From Atractiella rhizophila (taxonomy: Eukaryota), in NCBI GenBank assembly GCA_021432655.1, contig MU271273.1, forward strand, positions 62,001 through 111,132: DNA of 49,132 nucleotides. Reading direction: 5' to 3'. Below the pieces are notes generated by a model. That model was not told the DNA's origin. It saw only the letters and a list, made by a program, of their open reading frames with translations, and did not search any database. Position numbers and translations under genes: made by a program. Positions 35,858 through 47,103 of this stretch are shown here, piece by piece (position 1 is the first letter of the stretch; every line of letters starts with the position of its first letter).

Positions 35858-37308
35858 GGAGTACGAAGAGTGCGGCGGACAGTATGAAGAGCTCTGCAAG
35901 CCGAAGGAGAAGTTGATGTGGAGGTGGAGGCGAGAATGGGGAAGCATAGAGATGCAAAGGAGTGAAAGATGGAATCGAAATCACAAAAGTGGGATGGCAC
36001 ATCGGCGGCCGTAGGATGACGAAGACCGCTCAGCTCAAAAATGTTCCGTGCTTCAGTTTGGCGAAGATTGGCACACAAACTGCTGACCAATTTTAACCCC
36101 GACGTCGCTGATGCCCATTTTCTTTCGCAAACCGGTCGCAACCTCCTTTTGACATTTATTTTTCTGACCCGCAATTTGCGCGTGGCAACTTGCGATAGAC
36201 TTGGCATGAGTCAAGCCGAAAATAATAAGAGGTCTTCGAGGGTAGGTTTCGTCGAATTTACTGAGTTAAATGTACCACCCCATTCGTAGATGGCGCACGA
36301 CGGTTTCGAGCATGATTCACACATTTACTTTTTGAGCACTTAATCACCGCCCACAAACAAGTCACGGATCAGATCAGGTGATGTCGTATTTTTTCAAGTA
36401 GCCTTTGCTTTGCTGTATGCGGTTCGAAGACGCCGCCATAAGTGTCACTACACTTCCCTAGCCAACTCGAGACCTCTGTCTGTGAAGGCGGTCGGAAAGA
36501 TTGATCGACGTTGAGATACCTCATGGAATGCCGAACGGGAATCGTTTCGGGACGAGGCGACATGACTGAGTCAAGAAACTTCTTGGCACTTTGGGCAAGA
36601 TTTTCTTGACTGGCACGTCCAGGTATGACACGACGAGTGTCTGAGCGCCCAACCCCATCTTCTTCACCACGAAAACGAAAGAAGAGGTGGGGAAGGCAGT
36701 GGGACTCGCTGTCTGACGGAGATCGATAGCGGAGTGTTGCATGGAGAGGAGGAGGACTTGCCTTATGGCATTAGGGAGGCGTTAATGGGCTCAGGGTGAG
36801 GAGGAGGATCTCTTGGTTCCGGTATCAACTCTGCACGGACAAATCAAAAAAACTACAGATGATTCGCTTCCACACCTCCTTTGAAGACAATCGATCAACC
36901 TGCCCACAATGTCGCGCACCTCAGGCACCGTTCATCTGCAGGATTGGAGAAAATGTGCTTCAGAGGATGCTTATCATCGGAATATGCAAGCTCGTTGTGT
37001 AGAGAACTCAAAAAGGATAACAGGGCAATGGAAGTCTATTGGATCATGGCTGAGCATGGAGAAATGCCTCATAACGCGTCCGTCACCATGTCACCTCTCT
37101 TCCAACATTCATGATGGCATAGCATACGGATCGGAAGGGAGCGAGATGGAAAAGCATCGGAAGGGAGCGAAATGGAAAAGCATTGTTCGCCGCCAGAGGA
37201 TATTACAAGGGAAGGGTACCTCTGCTTGTTAGGTCTCTCTCCCCATCTACTTGCCGAAGGTGTGGTGATGGAAGATATTTGAGCAAGGGAGCTGTTGGAG
37301 GTATCCAG

Positions 37309-37963
37309 TGTGGTACGATCACCGCACATGGGTGTACGTACGAACGGTCAACGACCTGCTCTCCTAGGTGCTTACCACCAGGGATGAGCAGGTAGGAGTC
37401 TCGGATAATAGTCATGTTAGGTGCTTACCACCAGGGATGAGCAGATCCACATGGTAGCGAGAGCAGGTTGGGGAAAATTTTTTCGAAAACGCTGTTGAAT
37501 GAATGTTGACAAGTTAATATCTCTGCCCCCATCGCCAGCTCCAACCCCTTTTCCTGAGCAGGAAACCGAATCAAACGCACCCAGTGAGACCCTGGATCTC
37601 ATCTTGGACCACGAGAAAGAGAAGGCGGCGACCGCAACAATGGCACAAAACTTGATGAGTCTTTGGAGTGGTAGAAAGCTGGAGGCCGGGAACTGGAAAT
37701 CTTGGTATGAAGAGTTTATTCGCTTGGCGGTAGGGAGTGGTTTTGGAGAGGTTGTTCTTGAGGAAGGGAGTGGAGGTACACCTAAACCAGAACTTCCTAC
37801 TTTCGCGATTGGCGGTTTGAAGGAGAATGCAACCTCATTTACCTCTAAGATGACCACCTATCAGAAATGGATCTCAAATGATGCGGCTGCCAATACTATC
37901 CTGAAGGCTCTCGTGACGGAGAGTGATTGGGATTCGATGGCGAAACTTGGGACATGTCGTTGA
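37309..37963 (+). mobile_element. Ty1/Copia-like fragment: 5' LTR, PBS and truncated gag
   Basis: ...GATCCACA (LTR end, 37451) is directly followed by TGGTAGCG (tRNA-iMet-type PBS, as in Ty1). ORF 37499-37963 has KLEAGNWKSW...YQKWISNDAAANTIL, typical of Copia gag. The LTR start (TGTGG at 37309 or 37261) is uncertain. Confidence 0.7.
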
Positions 37964-38846
37964 CCCACCAAGCAACCGCCCTGGCTTGACCTGGGACACT
38001 GACACTGACGTCAGTAGCTGAGGGTGAAAACCCCTCCGGACACTGTTGGTACCACTGTGGACACACAGTACAGGGGCGTGGTGCTGTGATGGTGCCAAGC
38101 CTCCCCTTGTTTCTCAGTGAATGCGTTTCTCGGTGAACGCGTTTCCAATGTGCATGAGATCCGCAGCCTTCACACAAGGAGATAGGATACCATTTAGCCG
38201 AAGCTTAAAGGCATAGCGATCACATGTGAGGTTTTAGTGGGTATTGTTCATAGAATGGAGCCCCACACTGTTCCTTTGCCGATCACGGCGGGTTCATGCG
38301 TAAAAAGCATTTCCTCACCCAAGGGGAGGACAAACTCAAAATTTCCGACAAAACACAGTTCTGGAGGGACATACCAAGAAATGCGGCTGAAAGTTTGTCC
38401 CACAGTGAAATAGCGGTGAAAGAATTGTGAATTCTTGTGAACAAGTCAGCGTACAACAGAAAGTCAACGTCGAGCTCAGCACATTAGGGGGTGTCAAAGT
38501 TGTGATAAATCCCACTTGTCAAGCGGCATGCATTCGCCTAATCGGGGTTGATGATGATGAACTTAAGTGCACATGCAGGCTTATATGTGACTCAAAAGAC
38601 ACGCGCCTCAGAGAGCCGCATAACACACACGCGAAAGCCAGTAAGCGCACCTGTAAGCAAGAAAGGTCGTCCGGGTGCGGTCGCGAACGGTGCAGATCGC
38701 TAGATGTCCGGGAAAGTTGCAGCCAACTGCAGCTCCTTGCATGAATGGTATCTTCGCTCACCAAGCTTGTTCGCTGAAGGACGACCTGCACTCCCTTTTT
38801 CTCCCAGCTCTCCTCTCCCAGCTCTCCCAGCTCTATTAGCGTCAAC

Positions 38847-41145
38847 ATGTCACCAAAAGCCGCAGCCAGAAAGCGTGGTCGACCAGCCAAAAGGACGGCA
38901 GTCCCGTCATCTCCGGCTGTCAATACGGTGCAGGCTGTTGAGTTCACACCGATGGAGTAAGTTCTTTCCTCCTTTGCTCTCTTGGTACTTAGGAAGGGGT
39001 TTGGTGGTTTTGTAGGTGGACTCACGGCCTCATCACGGCGATGCTCGACTTTGTGAAAGACGATGATTATACTCGTCGAGGTCTCTACCCTGAGAATGGT
39101 GCTCGTTCCACGTCCATCAAGAAGGTGGAGCATTACCGAAATGTCGCAAAGAAAGTCTTTGGACGGTTTCCAACCTACAGCCAATGGATTTCTCACCCAG
39201 ATGAGAATATCGCAGAACAAGCTCGTATTTACTATGGAGCTTTGGTTAAGAGCAAATTAGAGTAGTATGTATTCTCATTTCTATCTTGGTTGGCGCTCAG
39301 TTTGTGTGACTTTGAGTCATTGGAGTGTTTTCTGCCACATCATGCATCGGGTCCTAATGTCTCATGTGGACTACATTCCCCATCTGTCTCACAGGTTTCT
39401 CCTTTTCTGTACTCCTTGACTAATACTTTGGTATGGGAATAGCTTGGATAAGCGATATGAGCAGCTCAAGAGTAACATGTCCAGCACCGGAGCGGGTCTA
39501 ACAGAGGAGGAGGTGCGAGAGAATCCGGAAGCACGGAATAAGCTTGGTTTGTGGTTTCCAACTATCTCAGAGTGTTTCTAATTACTGGTCTAGATGCGAC
39601 ACTGAAGAAGTTCCCATACTGGTGGCACATGTGCGAGCTGAAAGGACAACGCCACAACATCGCCGCACCTTCAAAGGGCAACTCTGCCACCCCGATTGAC
39701 ATCGCCCGCCTTCAGCAGAAGGATCCTCAAGCTGTGATTGTGGAGGAAGAGGAAGGTGAGGTGGATGAGCTTGTAGACGAAATACCAAGCTTCGTTGCGG
39801 TTGCAATGAAGGAGGTTCTGTCTGGCAACGGAGATGAAGAGCAGGATTCGGAGCAGTTGACGGATGAATTTGTTGGTATGCACCATTTCTATCTTCTATC
39901 TTCTTTGTACTTGATCTGATAGAGAATCATTAGTAAGAAAGGCAAATGTGTCTGATCAGCTTGAACCTGGCCATCTTGATAACGGTTTGTACTTTCTCCT
40001 GGCTCTTTTCCGACTGGCTAAGCTAACAGAGGAACAGCTGTGTGTGCGGAAGAACACCCCTTCAGTTTTGAAATCAACGCTAACCATGTGGGTATCGCCC
40101 TCACTGGTGATGTTCCTGGTCCTCCCGCTGTGTTGTCCGATGAGAGCGAGTTGGAGGAAGTGTTGATGCAGAAGCAGTTAGCACGGTCTAACCGTCGCCT
40201 GGAGAAGAAATATGGGAAGGGACCGTAAGGCATTTTGGTGATTAGTACCACATTTAAGATTGTTGATTGCTATTTTGAATCACACTGGCAACACGGGCAA
40301 ACACATTTAAGTTGAATGTGAATCCTCCCACAATGACGGATAAAATCCCCAACGTCACGCTGACCAATCCTGCCAACTCCTCCAAAGTCACTGCCAAATC
40401 GATTGGAAGGAAGGGAAAGCATCCGATCTCGCTGGATGACAGTGATGAGGGAGAGTCGAAAGCCAAACCTGCTCAACGAGTAAGTATTTGGTTTTGAAGT
40501 GTTCCTGGCGATGAAGATGCTTACCTTGACTAGGGACCTCAACGCAACATGCTCGGTAACCTTGGTACAGCCCTTACAGATATGAGTACAGCTACTGAGG
40601 CCAGGCGAGCTCAGCAAGAGGTCGAACGTCAAGACACAAAGCGCCAAAAGCAAGTTCTGGATGCGGAGCTTGAACTGAAGAGGTTAGATTTCAAGCGAAG
40701 AAAGCTGGAACAGGAAGCTGAGGACAAGAAAGAAGATCGGCAGCTTAGGAGAGAAGAGATGCAGCTACACACGCAGATGTTTCAGCTCCAGGCACTCGGG
40801 ATGGCTGGGTTTGGAGGTGGAAGTTCTTTTGGATTGGGAGGTGGTGGAGGATTTGGCATGTTTGGAGGCGGTTTTGATAGTGGTCAATTCAGTATGGCCG
40901 GAGGTAGTATGTTTTGTGCTGGCCCAGGAGTTGGAGCTGACATATTTGGTATGGGACTTGGAGGAGTTGGTGGAGCCAGCATGTTTGCTAGGGGTGGAGG
41001 AGGAGGATTGTTTCCTGCGGGAAGCACACTTGGTGGCGCCGGAATGGAAAGTGGTGTAGTTCAACCAGTTGCAGGTGTTGATGGCCAACCTGTTGGCGCT
41101 GCTGAAAGGATTCAGGAAGTAAACCAGATGGAACTTGAGGTATAA
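38847..41145 (+). CDS. Harbinger accessory DNA-binding protein (AT-hook + Myb/SANT-like, coiled coil, Gly-rich tail), multi-exon
   Basis: MSPKAAARKRGRP, intron ~38957-39015, WTHGLITAMLDFV..., KFPYWWHMCELKGQR. Last exon 40549-41145. Lies inside the TIRs, opposite the transposase. Confidence 0.7.
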
Positions 41146-41231
41146 ACAGTGCTTGATAACTCTGTCATGGTCATTTCTTTTTTGATAACTACTCAGAGGT
41201 TACTATGATACTATCCAATGTATCCATTTGT

Positions 41232-42879
41232 TTATATATCCTGGGTTGCTAAATGTTCCACTAAAGCAACCTTCAGCTCATTCCTCCTCTTCCGTGCTTC
41301 CTCAAGCTGACGCGCTCGAACTCCTCGACCTAAATCTTCATCATGATCCACAGCCCCCTGCTCCCAAGGTCTGCCATATGTCTCCCTCAGCTCACGTTCA
41401 AATGCCATGCCATCCCGGCAGAAAGCATCCTTGCTCAGGTCCAAATCTTGTTCATCATTGAAAGCAAACATATGGACAATCATGCAAACTCGGATCCAAT
41501 CTTGAACCATTGCAATCTGCTGTTGATTGTTAAGGAGAAGGCGTAATTCTTTGAGTGATTGGAAGCGACCTTTGAGGTATCCAATGGCATGTTCTGCGGC
41601 GATGCGAATACGTGAAAGGTGAACATTGAAAAGACGTTCCGTTGCATTACCGTCTTGTCACACAGTTGCTTGATCATAAGGAATAATCAACCAGTCCTGA
41701 ATTGGGTATCCTGAGTCTGCCCAACACCATTCATCCTCTGCTAGAAGTGCAAAGTGACGATTACGAGGAACCACTCTGTCCATCTTCTCTTGCCAGAGTA
41801 AAGAATCCTGTCTACGTCATTAGCACACCGGTGATATCGTAAGAAATTGAAACCCATTAACCTTTAGAACTGTGCCATCAGTTTTGCTTCCAACATGACC
41901 AACAGTATAATCAATAATCCTCGCATCCGGTGTGCAGAACACCTATTTATAAATAAACACAGAGCAAATGTAAGTTCAATGAGAACTGGGGCAAACTAAC
42001 CGCAATGCTTTCACAATAAGTAGATTTTCTTCCATACCATGTATCCCCTGCCATATGTGGTTTTTGGAACATATTAATCAATGTTCCATCAACCATACAC
42101 CATCCGCCCTTCCATTCTTCACAACCTCCTGCAATTTCTTTTGCCATTTCCTTATACTTCTTTCGAGATGATGGTCTAGGCCAAAAAACGGACTGTTTGG
42201 CAAGAGAGGGCATTAAGAGGATGGCAGTGATCACACGAAAACAGCACAGCTCTATCATTCCGGTGCTACAGCCAAAAATGGCGGATAGGGAATCAAGTGA
42301 TTCTGCATTGCCATAGTGTCCTAGACGGTGGAGGAGAACAGCAAGCTGATATCGAACTGGAGACTGAGGATTGTGAGACTTGTTCTGAAAGATAGGATGA
42401 TGCTTGATTGCTTTTAGAAGCTTCTGGAAGCTGATTGGATCAATGCGGACGGCTTTGCGAAACTTTTCTGGCTTCTCGCAGTAATAGGGGCCAAAAAGCT
42501 TGGTGACATAACTGGTACTGAATATCGCTTCATCCTGGACATGGGTGCGGAGGCTCAGATATCTCTGAGAATTGAGAATCTTGAGAACTTGAGTAACGGG
42601 GTCGAAATTGGAGCTGTCAGAGTCGGATTCAATACTGGAGGAATCATCCTTGAATGCAGTAGAGCTATTGCTGCTGTCTGAGGATTCTTCACTACTGCTC
42701 TGGCTGGACATAGAGTCATCGCTATCATTGTATTGAGCAGGTTCCGAGCCTGGAGCACCATCTGAGCCGGAGCCATGATCCGAATCATCATCTGAGTTGA
42801 TGAGCTCAATCAGTTGTTGAAGTAGTTTATGAGGCATAAACTGCTCTACTGCAACTTGCCGATCTGTCTGGCGGGTCAT
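41232..42879 (-). CDS. PIF/Harbinger DDE transposase (DDE_Tnp_4-like), spliced
   Basis: FRKAVRI...F..LL, QLAVLLHRLGHYGN, GWCMVDGTLI, WYGRKS; after two introns (~42000-41945, ~41860-41810) WADSGY and FNVHLSRIRIAAEHAIGYLKGRFQSL. Confidence 0.9.
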
Positions 42880-43326
42880 GGCAAATCAGGAAAGGACGGT
42901 TCGCTTAAGGCAGATAGCTGACGCAGCCCCAAGGGCAGGAAGATAGTTTGGCCCCTTTGGTGAGGGCTGAATTGCGAGCCGGGCAACTGCCGCTTGCAAG
43001 CTGGCAATAACGCAGCCTGAAAAGCAGGTTTTTGGTGGGGGTCTCAAACCCCAGCAAGCTGCTTATTTTTTTACTCATCATTTCATGCAGACTTGCAAGC
43101 CGCATATTTAAATTTATTGATTCAACTTTGACACCCCCTATTTTATCAACCCAGTTATCAACCAACGAGAAGCATTCAACCCACCAGTCTTCAGTATAAC
43201 AGGTCACAATCAGCTTCAGTGAGAGGAATTGAAAGTCACAACAGCTGTACGGCGTGCCAGGAAGTCTCAAGGGCCGAGAGGGGCACGCTTCAACTCCAGC
43301 GTGGGTCTGAGTGACGGTGCTGAGGA

Positions 43327-44204
43327 GTGCTACAGCCAAAAATGGCGGATAGGGAATCAAGTGATTCTGCATTGCCATAGTGTCCTAGACGGTGGAGGAG
43401 AACAGCAAGCTGATATCGAACTGGAGACTGAGGATTGTGAGACTTGTTCTGAAAGATAGGATGATGCTTGATTGCTTTTAGAAGCTTCTGGAAGCTGATT
43501 GGATCAATGCGGACGGCTTTGCGAAACTTTTCTGGCTTCTTGCAGTAATAGGGGCCAAAAAGCTTGGTGACATAACTGGTACTGAATATCGCTTCATCCT
43601 GGACATGGGTGCGGAGGCTCAGATATCTCTGAGAATTGAGAATCTTGAGAACTTGAGTAACGGGGTCGAAATTGGAGCTGTCAGAGTCGGATTCAATACT
43701 GGAGGAATCATCCTTGAATGCAGTAGAGCTATTGCTGCTGTCTGAGGATTCTTCACTACTGCTCTGGCTGGACATAGAGTCATCGCTATCATTGTATTGA
43801 GCAGGTTCTGAGCCTGGAGCACCATCTGAGCCGGAGCCATGATCCGAATCATCATCTGAGTTGATGAGCTCAAGCAGTTGTTGAAGTAGTTTATGATGCA
43901 TAAACTGCTCTACTGCAACTTGCCGATCTGTCTGGCGGGTCATGGCAAATCAGGAAAGGACGGTTCGCTTGAGGCAGATAGCTGACGCGGCCCCAAGGGC
44001 AGGAAGATAGTTTGGCCCCTTTGGTGAGGGCTGAATTGCGAGCCGGGCAACTGCCGCTTGCAAGCTGGCAATAACGCAGCCTGAAAAGCAGGTTTTTGGT
44101 GGGGGTCTCAAACCCCAGCAAGCTGCTTATTTTTTTATTCATCATTTCATGCAGATTTGCAAGCCGCATATTTAAATTTATTGATTCAACTTTGACACCC
44201 CCTA
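43327..44204 (-). mobile_element. Truncated second copy of the Harbinger right end (TIR, promoter, 5' transposase)
   Basis: 878-bp direct repeat of 42263-43140 (offset 1064). I counted 8 substitutions by eye. Ends at the TIR followed by AAT. Confidence 0.95.
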
Positions 44205-44374
44205 ATGTGCTTGGCGTTACGCGTTACCACTCCAATCGAAAGAGTACTGTATAAGGATAAGGATGCCAAGAACTGACACATCTTAGAGGAAAGCATCTTC
44301 CCATCTCCCTCATTTGCACTTTACGATCAAGAGGATAATTCAACTCGAACTGTCTCAATGATCCAATAGTCGGG

Positions 44375-46710
44375 ATGGCAGACAAACTCCCGGCCAAATT
44401 TTTCGAAGCGGTCAGTGCTTGTTCCCTTCTATCCTTAATTTGACGGGACGGGGACGGGGCAGGCTGACAGCCATAAGAAGCACCAAAGATGGGAAGAGTT
44501 GCTCATAATGTCGCAGTCTCTGATGGACTCTCAACCCGATAGTATAGGGAACTTGGCGGGACGCTATTATCGACTAGTCGCGGTACTATCAAACGGCTCA
44601 ACAAAGTGGGCTCCTTTACCGCGTTTTCCTACATTTAAACACATTGGAATGCTATTGGATCTTCGGGGACAGGGCAGCGGTTGAGGATCTGGTGACCCTG
44701 GAAGAACTAAGACAGGACGCCGTCAAGATATTGAAAGCCGGTGCATCTCGCACAGACACAGTATTCTCGAATGACGTCCACTATCCACTTTTTTTTCTGG
44801 TCCTGCTCTCGCTGGAACTTAAGGATGGGAATCTATTTGCGCCTGGTGTCGCTGGTTAGTCGTGTCCTCTACGTCTATACTACAAGGCAAACTCAGTTCA
44901 ATTTCATTCAGGAATGACTTTGCAGTGTTTCACTCGACAGCATTTGTTTGTTTCCTGTATTATTCCCACGCTCCTGGATGTTCGTATTGGATATGTGAGT
45001 CTGTTTCATGCCGCATGGGGATAGAGCTCAGCGGCATTCAGTCCCAGTCCGAAAGTGTTTATTCTGATCTCCTGCAAGTCGAACCGACTCAGAAAAGGCA
45101 CCTCTGTAATACCTTTCCCCTTGCCGCCGAATGGATTGCGAAGATCATTGACGAAAAGAAGGTCCACAAGAAAATAGAGAGAGCGGCCGCCCGCGCTAGG
45201 ATTCGTATTGTGCGCGTGGATCGTGTCCGGGACATCGTGGAGGAGGCAGCGACGGAGAACAAGCTGTTTTTCCTTCTCGGTACGTTTCTTGCTTCTATTG
45301 ATCCCAAGTTGGGAGTTCAATAATTTCCTTCTCTGTAGATCCATCTGGTGAGGTCGACCTCCCCCCCTTCTCCAGTACGGAATCCGAAATCCCACAAAGG
45401 ACGAACTCCGAATGATCATTTACGACTGGCGTTGGATCTAAAGGACTTGATCGTCATCCAACCTACATCAACTGCCGATGAGCTCGAGCCCCAGCCGGAG
45501 TCTGTCTACATCCTCGACCAGGGTTGGCTGCTGGAGAACAATCATCCCGCGGCAGATGAGGGCTGGCAGCCTGAAAATCATGATGAAATACCATTGGAAG
45601 CTCTGGTAATGTCCTTTGATACATTCCATTGTTCGTATCCTAAGTAATCTTTCGCAAATTTACAGATCGCCACTGAACACTTCCACATGCTCGATGACGA
45701 TGTCGACTGGGATGCGATAGATGCGATAGGCTCTACCCTGGATCTTCTCGCTCCCATAGTTCGTCATAAAAGGCAACCGAACACCTCACAAGGCGGCATG
45801 AGCGGATTTAGTGGTCCCCGCGCTGCTCAACTCAGGGGAACGGTTGGCACTTTTTCGTTGAAAACTGGCAAGGTGAGCAGATGATAACACATGCTGACCT
45901 TGGTTCGCTTATATTTGATTCCTGAGGGCAGAGGCCGCGTGAAAATATTGACCAGGATGACCTCATATATCAGAAGCTCTCTGAAGGAGAAGACAGAGAG
46001 AGATGTAAACTGGCATTGGCGGACGCCAACAGCGGTACGTCACTCTCTCTGCAAACATGGTCCCTCAGATGGATCTAGTGGTCGGATGTCGCATTTTGAC
46101 TCTGATGCACAACGTCGTCCCGGAAATATACCACGACTGGAGCATGTCCAACCAGGAACATCCATCGAATGTGAATCTCCAATTGCTTCCGGTCACTCAA
46201 TATTGCGCTAGCGCTTACATGGGACCATCTCACATCGACAAAGTCGATCGGAATTTCACATACAGCCACAACGCTTTCAACGAAGAATACGAGGGCTTCC
46301 CACTGGCAAATGCCATGTTTATTCCGGCGTTCAACGTGAGCGAGCAGTCCGATCTCGTTTGCCCGAGACTAACGCTATCTGATTAGCTCGTTCTCACGAC
46401 ACCTGGCGGCTCCGTACACGGTTGGAGGAGTCGCGACCTCTATCACGGAACTCTGCTAGCGCCGCCGTATTACGGAAAAATTCGCATCGTCCAAGGCGAA
46501 CCTCTCTTCAGGCCGGCTCTGGGTATAGTCACACTGGCAAGCAGCAGAGTCATAAACGAAATCAGGAAAGGCAACCTTGAACATGGAATCCACCGGCACA
46601 ATGGTTGGACCCCGGAAGCCCTCTCGAAGTTGAATGGAGTTGCCGAGGCAAACAAGAACAAGCACATTCGAAGGCGTTGGGATAATATGCGCGCTGCATC
46701 GTCGATGTGA
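44375..46710 (+). CDS. TET/JBP-like 2-oxoglutarate/Fe(II) dioxygenase, multi-exon
   Basis: Spliced C-terminal region: GGMSGFSGPR...GTF, LMHNVVPEIY, YMGPSHIDK (HxD at 46231-46239), MFIPAFN|LVL...VHGWRSRDLYHGT (distal His at 46444), stop at 46708-46710. Intron 46336-46386 has GTGAGC/CTAAC/TAG signals. The start and 5' exons are tentative. Confidence 0.72.
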
Positions 46711-47103
46711 ATAACCGTCCAACGCGCTGCTAGCCCACGTTTCGAAAGAGTGGACATCTTCTAATCAAACAGATGGGTTCGAAGAGGGTGGAGACCGTCG
46801 AAAGTGTCATCAGAGGTGAGGTTGGAGGACGAAAAGTGGTATAAAAGGCGTAGTTGGAGGATGAGGCGAAGAAGAGACTGTGTTGAAAGGTTATAGGGAT
46901 GGTTGTACAGAAACTCTGAGAATCATCCTCGAAATCGGGATTGCCTGGGTGGCAAATGACGGCCATTCGTGATCCATTGTACAATGCTTAGAGACTACGC
47001 GTCTCGTCGGGCTAAATAATCTTCTGGACGAATCCAAACTCAGCACCCTGGATTTCATTCAGTTTACCCACCCATCGACTTCGCATCAGTTCCGCATCAA
47101 AGT

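Larger units (their letters stand above)
38486..43139. mobile_element. Full-length PIF/Harbinger-group transposon (4654 bp), two convergent genes
   Basis: TIR AGGGGGTGTCAAAGTTG (38486-38502) and CAACTTTGACACCCCCT (43123-43139). ATT on both sides. Encodes a DDE transposase and a Myb/SANT-like gene. Confidence 0.9.

Noticed and set aside
36850..37000. FEDNRS as a Copia RNase H motif
   Set aside because: Downstream motifs are absent. CPQCRAP looks more like an isolated RING-finger end and is too short to call.
37960..38485. Cys-rich minus-strand frames as a KDZ-associated CxC domain, possibly continuing at 43140-43326
   Set aside because: Stops in the frames I translated and no diagnostic spacing that I could recognise. 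Left unassigned.
44238..44252. GAGTACTG|TA as a Tc1/mariner-type end
   Set aside because: No matching opposite end found in the window.
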